A stretch of 64,000 nt of DNA from contig CAVYNX010000014.1 in the NCBI GenBank assembly GCA_963770005.1, forward strand, positions 7,108 through 71,107. Direction: 5' to 3'. The translations under genes and the position numbers were made by a program. Under the pieces are notes generated by a model, which saw only the letters and a list, made by a program, of their open reading frames with translations, was not told the DNA's origin and made no database searches. Each line of letters begins with the position of its first letter. Position 1 is the stretch's first letter. The DNA is from an uncultured Actinomycetota bacterium (GTDB taxonomy: Bacteria > Actinomycetota > Actinomycetes > Actinomycetales > Dermatophilaceae). This document shows positions 57,338 to 64,000 of the stretch, in pieces.

Positions 57338-58294
57338 TCAGGCGGGCGTGATGTCGTCGACCGCCGCCCGGAGCGCGACGAGGTGCTGGGCGTGCTCGAA
57401 GAGGTGGACGTCCTCCTCCGTCGTGGGCTCCCACGGCCGGGCCTCGAGGGCCGTCCCGTCGGGGGACAGGGCGACGAAGACGATGAGGCTGTGGGTCGTG
57501 AGCCGGCGCTCGTGACCCGCCGGGTTGCCCGAACGGACGTGGACGCTGACGTGCATGCTGTGCCGGCCGGTGTAGATCAGCCGAGCCTCGACCTCGACGA
57601 GGTCGCCGATACGCAGCGGCTGGTAGAACCGGACGCCGCCGGCGTACACGGCGATGTTGGCCGCGTCGCCGGACCACTGGGTGACGAGGACGTGTGCCGC
57701 CTCGTCGACCCAGCGCATGACGATGCCGCCGTGGACCTTGCCGCCCCAGTTGACGTCGGTCGGCGCGGCGAGGAACCGCAGGACGACGCTCGGCGCGGTG
57801 CTCGCGTCGGTGTAGGACTGCTCGGCCATGGCCGCGGCGATCTGCGACGCGCAGCTCGATGCGGCGGACCGCGGCCTCCTTCTGGGCCTGGTCCTCCTCG
57901 TCACCGTCGGGCAGCTGGCGGACGGGGGTCGGGCGGCCGTCGTCGTCGACGGCGACGAAGACCATGAGGCACTCGGTGGCGGCCTCCAGCCGACGCTCGC
58001 GCGGTGAGCCGGAGCGGACCGTGACGAGGATGTGCATGCTGCTGCGGCCGGTGTAGACCAGCCGGGCGGTCGCCTCGACGAGGTCGCCGATCGGCGACCG
58101 GCCGGGTGAAGTGGACGTTCCCGACGTAGGCGGTGACGCAGTAGCTGGCCGCTCCAGCCGACGGCCGACGCATACCCCGCCTTGTCGATCCACTCGAGGA
58201 CGCGCCCGCCGCTGACGTTGCCCAGGTAGCCGGCGTCGGTCGGCGCGGCCAGGAACCGGAGGGTCTGCTCGCGACCTGGGGTGTCACGGTCCAT
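57338..58294 (-). CDS. Acyl-CoA thioesterase, tandem hotdog domains, frameshifts
   Basis: LRFLAAPTD twice, GGRVLEWIDKA, VHGGIVMRWVDEA, YTGRSSMH. Confidence 0.85.
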   Translation of the reverse strand: MDRDTPGREQTLRFLAAPTDAGYLGNVSGGRVLEWIDKAGYASAVGWSGQLLRHRLRRERPLHPAGRRSATSSRRPPGWSTPAAAACTSSSRSAPAHRASVGWRPPPSASWSSSPSTTTAARPPSASCPTVTRRTRPRRRPRSAASSCASQIAAAMAEQSYTDASTAPSVVLRFLAAPTDVNWGGKVHGGIVMRWVDEAAHVLVTQWSGDAANIAVYAGGVRFYQPLRIGDLVEVEARLIYTGRHSMHVSVHVRSGNPAGHERRLTTHSLIVFVALSPDGTALEARPWEPTTEEDVHLFEHAQHLVALRAAVDDITPA

Positions 58295-58386
58295 GCGCGG
58301 GAGTCTGCCACCGGGGCGCGTCCCCGACGGCCCGACGGCCGATCGGTCGCTGAGAGCGGTCAGGCGTCCTGGTGGCGTGGTCGTGG

Positions 58387-60120
58387 TCAGTGGTCGCAGT
58401 GGCAGTCGGGTCCGCAGCCCGGACCGTCCGAGGCGACGCGAAGGCCTCGAGCCGGCAGGCGCAGGAGGCCAGGACCGGCACGTCGGCGCGAGCGCGCGCG
58501 ATGGCGAGCTGCTGAGCGATGATCCGGGCCTCGTCGTGACGCCCCAGCCGCTCGAGGCACTCGTGGTAGCCGTGCAGGCTCCACACGTTGCCCGGGTGGT
58601 GGACCGAGCGGCTGACCGTCGGGTCGAGACCGAGGTCCGCCGCATACACCGCCGCTGCCTCCTCGACCCGGCCCTGCTCCAGCAGCAGGGCGCCGTAGGC
58701 GTGCCGGGTCGGCTGCATCCAGCCCCACGGTTCGTCGTACGGGCAGCGCGTCGTCGAGGGCGATCGCCCGACGCAGGTGCGTGAAGCCCTCGTCGACCAG
58801 TCCGCGGCGGTAGGCGATCTCGCCGTCGAGCATCGCGCCGGCGACGGCGAGGATGTCGAGGGCGGTGTTGTTGAACAGGTACCTGGTGTCCGGCACCTGC
58901 GTCACGGCTCGGGCGAACTCCTCGCGCGTGGCCTCCGCGGCGTCCACGTCACCCAGCGCGGCCTGGGCCACGCCGCGTCCGTAGAGGACCATCGCCGTGG
59001 TCGTGCAGTACAGCGCCCGGTCCTCCGGCAACGGCTGGGCGACGAGGTCGTCCCACCGGCCGAAGCGGACCAGCACGTGGGTTCGCAGCGGGACGAACGC
59101 CTCCAGCCAGTCGGCCATCGGCGGGCTCTCGATCCGCAGCAGCTCGGGGGTGAGCTGAGCGCTCAGCTCGTCGGCGGCGTCGGTGGCGTCTCGGTAGCGG
59201 CCGAGGAACATCGCCGAGTAGACGATGAAGTGGAGGTCGTGCGCGCGGTACAGCGAGTAGAAGTTCAGCGGTCCGGAGCGGTCGACGAACAGCCGGTCCG
59301 CCTGCACCGCGCGCCGGTTCGCGGCGATGGACGAGTGGTAGTCGCCGCACAGCACGTCGAGGTGGCTCGGCATGTGCTGCAGGTGGCCGGCGTCGGGGAC
59401 CAGCCCGCGCAGGCCGTCGGCGCTGGACAGCGCCGCCTCCGGCCGCTCGGACATCTCCAGGAGGTGGATGTGCAGATGCAGGACGAACGGGTGACGGTCG
59501 CCGCCGGGTAGCGCCAGCGCGGCGTCGAGCAGGCGCTCGGCCTCTCGCGCCCGCGAGCCCGGTGCCGGCTCGCCGGTCAGCGGGTCCCAGAGCGCCCAGG
59601 CGGTGACGTTGACCGCGGCGTCGGCGGTCAAGGCCAGGACGTCGAGGTCCTGCGGGTATGCGGCGGCCACCTCGGCCATCGCGTCGGCGTAGGCCTCGTG
59701 CCCGGCCTGCCAGGTGTCGGCGTCGTCGACGGAGACCGTGGCGTAGCGGAGCGGTGAGCGCGGCGACGAGGTTCGCGGCGGGTTCGTCGACGGGACGGCC
59801 GGCGGCCGCTGCACGGTCGAGCGAGGCTCGCGGCCAGGTCGAGCTCCGAGCGGGCCCGGCTCAGGCTGGTGACGAGGTCGACGGCGTCGAACGCCTCCCA
59901 TCCCTTGTTGTAGTTCGGGCCGATCGCGTAGGCGATGCCCCAGTGCGCGGCCCACAGGTCCGGATCCTCGGCGAGCGGCCTGCTCGAAGCAGGCGACCGC
60001 CTCCTCGTGGTTGAACGCGTAGGCCCAGATCAGGCCGCGGTCGAACCACTGCTGAGCCGGTTCCGAGGTGGTGGCCACCGGGCGGTGGTAGTCACCGAGG
60101 TCGTAGTAGGCGTCGGTCAC
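58387..60120 (-). CDS. Tetratricopeptide-repeat protein, frameshifts
   Basis: YYDLGDY, WFDRGL, FNHEEA, HLHIHLLE, GHLQHMPSH, WMQPTRHA, HPGNVWSLHG. Confidence 0.8.
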   Translation of the reverse strand: MTDAYYDLGDYHRPVATTSEPAQQWFDRGLIWAYAFNHEEAVACFEQAARRGSGPVGRALGHRLRDRPELQQGMGGVRRRRPRHQPEPGPLGARPGREPRSTVQRPPAVPSTNPPRTSSPRSPLRYATVSVDDADTWQAGHEAYADAMAEVAAAYPQDLDVLALTADAAVNVTAWALWDPLTGEPAPGSRAREAERLLDAALALPGGDRHPFVLHLHIHLLEMSERPEAALSSADGLRGLVPDAGHLQHMPSHLDVLCGDYHSSIAANRRAVQADRLFVDRSGPLNFYSLYRAHDLHFIVYSAMFLGRYRDATDAADELSAQLTPELLRIESPPMADWLEAFVPLRTHVLVRFGRWDDLVAQPLPEDRALYCTTTAMVLYGRGVAQAALGDVDAAEATREEFARAVTQVPDTRYLFNNTALDILAVAGAMLDGEIAYRRGLVDEGFTHLRRAIALDDALPVRRTVGLDAADPARLRRPAAGAGPGRGGSGGVCGGPRSRPDGQPLGPPPGQRVEPARLPRVPRAAGASRRGPDHRSAARHRARSRRRAGPGLLRLPARGLRVASDGPGCGPDCHCDH

Positions 60121-60210
60121 GGCCCGAGCGTACGGCGGCCGGTCGTCGCTTCGCCGCCGCGTCGGCATGTTGCACCGACGCATCTTCTCGGCCGGGTGGG
60201 CCCCGCTCGG

Positions 60211-61607
60211 TCACGGGTCCGGCCCGCCGGGTGACGGTCCGCGGGCGAGGGCGTGGTCGTAGCTGCCGGGCCGTCGGTCCCAGACCACGTGTGGCCCGGT
60301 CGCCCCGTTCGTGTCGTGCTCGTCACTGTTGCTGGTGCTGAGGGTGGCGGTGAGGCGGTCGCGGTGGACGATGGTGTGGTGCCGTCCGCAGAGCAGGGCG
60401 GCGTTGGTCAGGTCGGTGGGTCCGCCGTCGGCCCAGTGGGTGACGTGGTGGGCGTCGCACCAGGAGGCGGGGGTCTGGCAGCCGGGGAAGGTGCAGTGCC
60501 GGTCCCGTAGCCACAGCGCCTGCACCTGCGCGGGCGTGAACAGCCGCCGGGTGCGGCCGAGGTCCAGGACGTGTCCGTCGGCGTCGAGGACGGCGGGGAT
60601 GACGGCGGCGTCGCAGGCCAGCTTCCGGACCGTCTCCGGCCCGAGCAGCGCCCCACCGTCGAGCCCGGCCAGGACCACCCCCGGTCGGGTCCGGGCCCGC
60701 AGGTCGTCCAGGCCGATGGTGACCAGCACGGTCGCCTTCACCGCGCACGGGGTCCCGGGGGTCGACTGACTTCCGACGTATTGGCGTGGCCGGTGTGGAC
60801 GGCGCGTCGGCACAGCTCGACCAGGGCGTCGCCGCGGCGTTGGTCGATGGTCCGCACATCCCGCACATCCCGCACGTCGACGTCTGCCGCCTGGCCAGGC
60901 GGGTTGGGGGGCGGAGGCGGTGTTGATGGCGGCTTCGACGACGGCGCGGGCTTCGGGGTTGAGCCGGAGCCGGTACTCGGTGATCCCGCCGCCGATGTCG
61001 TGCCCGCACGACAGGACGGTCAGGCCGCGGTGCCGGTCCTCCACCTCCTGCAACAGCAGACCGAGGCCGTACCGGGCCAGCAGCGCCGGCCGGACCCGCC
61101 GGACCCCGGCCGGGCCGTCGACCTGCCCCATCGCCACCAGCCCGGCCGCCACCGCGTCGACCGCGGCCGGTTCGATCAGCGGGGTCAGCTGGGCCAGCTC
61201 GGACGCGACCACGCACCCCGCCGACACCGACAGCCGACCCGTCGGCCACCGCCGCCCGCGCCCCCGCCAGACGACGGTGCCACGGCAGGTGCCGGTCAGC
61301 TCGCGGACCGCCTTGGCGACCAGCCCGGCCTCCCGCGCCGTCCAACGACGGGCACCGGTCGGCCACCCACTGCGGCACCGACCCCGCCTGCGACTGCGCG
61401 ACCTCACCACGGGCGACCGCCTCCGCGGTGAGCGTGAACCGGCCCGCGCCCGCGGCCGCCGCCAACGCGTCGACCACCGGCAACACCACATCCAGGTCCG
61501 ACACCGGTCAGCGCGTGGACCCGCCCCGGCAGCTCCCGCAACACCTGCGTCGCGGCGGACAGCACGGCGACCAGCTCCTCGCCGTAGGTCCGCACCCCGA
61601 TGCCCAT
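60211..61607 (-). CDS. DUF222/HNH endonuclease (13E12-repeat-like), frameshifts
   Basis: LACDA, LDLGRTRRLFT, RDRHCTFPGC, CDAHHVTHWADGG, LLCGRHH. Confidence 0.9.
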
Positions 61608-61613
61608 ACCCAC

Positions 61614-61635
61614 ACGCTAGAACCCACCACCGACA
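61614..61635 (-). promoter_or_regulatory. RecA-NDp/PafBC-type DNA-damage promoter
   Basis: TGTCGG-N10-TAGCGT exactly fits TGTCGG-N10-TA-N3-T, 6 nt before ATG 61607. Confidence 0.75.
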
Positions 61636-61762
61636 ACCCCCGAACAACCAATCCCGTTCATCCACAACCTAATTCAGGCCCACAGATATCCACATCCCCT
61701 GACCACGTCGTCCCACCCGACACACCAACTCACACGAGGAACGAGGACAGCGACGGAACAGA

Positions 61763-62467
61763 TCAGGACGCGACGGCCAACCCCGACGCCACCGCGAACC
61801 CCAACACCGCCGCCAGCCCCGCCAACCGCCCCGCGTGCCGCTGCGCCTCCGGGATCATCGCGCCGACGAGCATGACCAGCAGCGCCCCGGCAGCGAACCC
61901 GTCCACGAGCCCCTCGAACCGGCCCTTGGTGACGCTCGCCGCCGCATACCCCAGCGCCGTCGACGCGACGCAGATGACCGCCACCGCGACCCAGAGGAGC
62001 AGCACGTAACGGGTGCTCTTCCCGCCCTGGTGCATCTGCGTCGAGGACCCGATGGACTCCGGCAGGTTGGACACGAAGATCGCCATCAGCAGGGCCAGCG
62101 AGACGCCGTTGCCGTGCGACAGGTCGATCCCGAGGACCGCCTGCTCGGGGATGCCGTCCAGCAGACCGCCGAGGGCCAGCGACAGCCCGGCCACCCCACC
62201 GGCCTTGACCGCCCACTGCTCCACGGCCCGGTCGGCGAAGAAGAACACCAGCGCGCCTGCCGCCATCCCGGCCATCAACGGCCAGGGGCCGGCGGCCTGG
62301 AACCCCCCGGCCGCCAGCTGGAACGAGATGCCGGAGATCAGCGCGCCCGCCCCGAACCCGAGGACCAGCCCGAGCGCCTTGGGGTCCCAGCGGCGGGTCA
62401 CGCCGAGAACCGCGCCGATCAGCAGTGACGCGGCGGAGACCGCGCCCCAGAACAGCGAAGCTCCCAT
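61763..62467 (-). CDS. ZIP-family metal transporter-like membrane protein
   Basis: GFGAGALI, LDGIPE, SNLPE, FAAGALL, MIPEA. Confidence 0.8.
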   Translation of the reverse strand: MGASLFWGAVSAASLLIGAVLGVTRRWDPKALGLVLGFGAGALISGISFQLAAGGFQAAGPWPLMAGMAAGALVFFFADRAVEQWAVKAGGVAGLSLALGGLLDGIPEQAVLGIDLSHGNGVSLALLMAIFVSNLPESIGSSTQMHQGGKSTRYVLLLWVAVAVICVASTALGYAAASVTKGRFEGLVDGFAAGALLVMLVGAMIPEAQRHAGRLAGLAAVLGFAVASGLAVAS

Positions 62468-62653
62468 CGTCCCTCCAGCTGACGCGTCGCGGCCGGCGGC
62501 CGGAACCGGCTCCCGACTCTAGGGGACCGGGCCGGGCACGTGAGGCCCGCAGCCGCACGCCCCGCCCTCGGTAACAAGGAGCAGCTCAAGCCCACCCGAT
62601 GAGATCCGCGAACCGGGCGGGTCCAACCCAGCAACCAAGGAACGGAGAGTGTC

Positions 62654-63562
62654 ATGACACAACTACAGCTGGGTGTGCACCTGCCGATCGCCGGCCCGGG
62701 CGCATCACCGGAGTCGATCGCGGCCGTCGCCGAGGAGGCCGAGCGCGTCGGGTTGGACTCCGTGTGGTCCTGGGAGCGGCTGCTCCGGCCGACGGAGCCC
62801 ATCGCGATGGGCGGCCCGGGCGGCCCGGTGATGGACGCGCCGGAGGAGTTCGCGTCGGTGTACGACCCCATCGAGGTACTGGCCTTCGTCGCCGCTCGCA
62901 CCACGCGGATCACGTTGGGCACCAGCGTTCTTGACTCGCTGTTCCAGAGTCCGGTCGTCCTCGCCCGGCGGCTCGCCACGCTCGACCGGCTCAGCTCGGG
63001 TCGGCTCGTGGCGGGGATCGGCCAGGGCTGGATGGAGCACGAGTTCGCTGCGGCCGGCGTGCCCATGAGCCGGCGTGGAGCCGGCTTCGAGGAGCACGTG
63101 AACGCCATGCGCGCGGTGTGGGGTCCTGACCCGGTGCGCTTCGAGGGCCGGTACTACCAGATCCCCGAGGCGGCGATCGGGCCGAAACCCTTGCACCCCA
63201 ACGGTCCTCGGCTCATGATCGGTGGCGTGGCCCCGGCGGCCGTCGAGCGCGCCGCACGGCTGGGCACCGGCCTCACGCTGGTGATCTTCGACTGGGACAT
63301 GGTGCGCGACACCATCGCCGCCTTCCGAGCCGCGGCCGGGGACGCCGACATCGACCCCGACACGCTGCCGGTCATGCTCCAGGTCAACGGCAGCATCACC
63401 GAGACCGCCCAGGACGAGCGCGGACCGCTCACCGGATCACCGGAGCAGGTGGCCGAGGATCTCGACCGAGCCGAGGCGCTGGGTGTCCAGCACGTCTACT
63501 GGCACCCGGACGGCGACCCGCTCGAGCAGCTCCCGCTCCTCGCCCAGCTCAAGCGCCACTGA
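62654..63562 (+). CDS. LLM-class F420-dependent oxidoreductase
   Basis: AERVGLDSVW, ITLGTSV, TLDRLSSGR, GIGQGW, GPKP. Confidence 0.9.
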   Translation: MTQLQLGVHLPIAGPGASPESIAAVAEEAERVGLDSVWSWERLLRPTEPIAMGGPGGPVMDAPEEFASVYDPIEVLAFVAARTTRITLGTSVLDSLFQSPVVLARRLATLDRLSSGRLVAGIGQGWMEHEFAAAGVPMSRRGAGFEEHVNAMRAVWGPDPVRFEGRYYQIPEAAIGPKPLHPNGPRLMIGGVAPAAVERAARLGTGLTLVIFDWDMVRDTIAAFRAAAGDADIDPDTLPVMLQVNGSITETAQDERGPLTGSPEQVAEDLDRAEALGVQHVYWHPDGDPLEQLPLLAQLKRH

Positions 63563-63607
63563 CCCGCCCGGCCCGAGCCAGGCCCGCCCCGGCCGGACGA
63601 CCAGCCC

Positions 63608-63964
63608 TCAGCTGACGCAGAGGCAGAACGGGTGACCGGCCGGGTCGAGGAACACCCGGAACGTCGTGCCCGGCTGGTGCTCGGCCTTGGTCGCCCCCAG
63701 GTCGACCACCAGCGGCTCGGCGGCGTCGAGGTCGTCGACGACGACGTCGAGGTGCATCTGCTGCGGATGCTCCTGCCCCGGCCACTGCGGCGGCGCGTAG
63801 TCGGCAACCCTCTGGAACCCGATCGAGTCGCCGTGCTCCGCGCGGATGTGGGCCCAGTCCTCCTCGGCCTGGACCGGCCAGTCGAGCAGGGCGCCGTAGA
63901 ACGTCGCGAGCGCGACGGGGTCGGGACAGTCGAGGACGACACTGGGGTAACGGGCGATGGCCAT
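63608..63964 (-). CDS. VOC family protein
   Basis: LDCPDPVALATFY, QQMHLDV, LDPAGHPFC. Confidence 0.9.
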   Translation of the reverse strand: MAIARYPSVVLDCPDPVALATFYGALLDWPVQAEEDWAHIRAEHGDSIGFQRVADYAPPQWPGQEHPQQMHLDVVVDDLDAAEPLVVDLGATKAEHQPGTTFRVFLDPAGHPFCLCVS

Positions 63965-64000
63965 GGTCGGGAAGCGTACGGCCGGTTGCGGTCGGATCGC

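Noticed and set aside
57311-57340. Short tandem GCCGCTGAGCC repeat
   Set aside because: Under three copies spanning two convergent stop codons; a trivial local duplication.

Overview
High-GC actinobacterial chromosome segment (Micrococcales/Intrasporangiaceae-like, judged from gene content), almost fully coding, with about 55 protein genes. Many genes carry single-base frameshifts, most plausibly uncorrected long-read assembly errors. Recognisable blocks: ung, ligB, cobT/cobU/cobS, a myo-inositol catabolic cluster (iolG-iolC-aldolase-iolB-iolD-idh-iolA-idh plus a GntR/IolR gene with two operator matches), a dctA-malic enzyme-ppsR-ppsA cluster with a divergent CitAB-type two-component system, WYL/MFS, TCS/ABC modules, an AbiEi-like gene and a DUF222-HNH gene behind a PafBC-type promoter. 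No rRNA, tRNA, CRISPR array or transposase was seen. The most unusual signals are non-coding: (1) a riboswitch-like leader that sequesters the RBS of an ankyrin-repeat gene; (2) a small orphan ORF bracketed by two near-identical 70-bp palindromes; (3) a candidate stand-alone structured sRNA at about 32.8-33.0 kb; (4) about 60 copies of the hexamer GCATAC/GTATGC across the window, often at synonymous positions.
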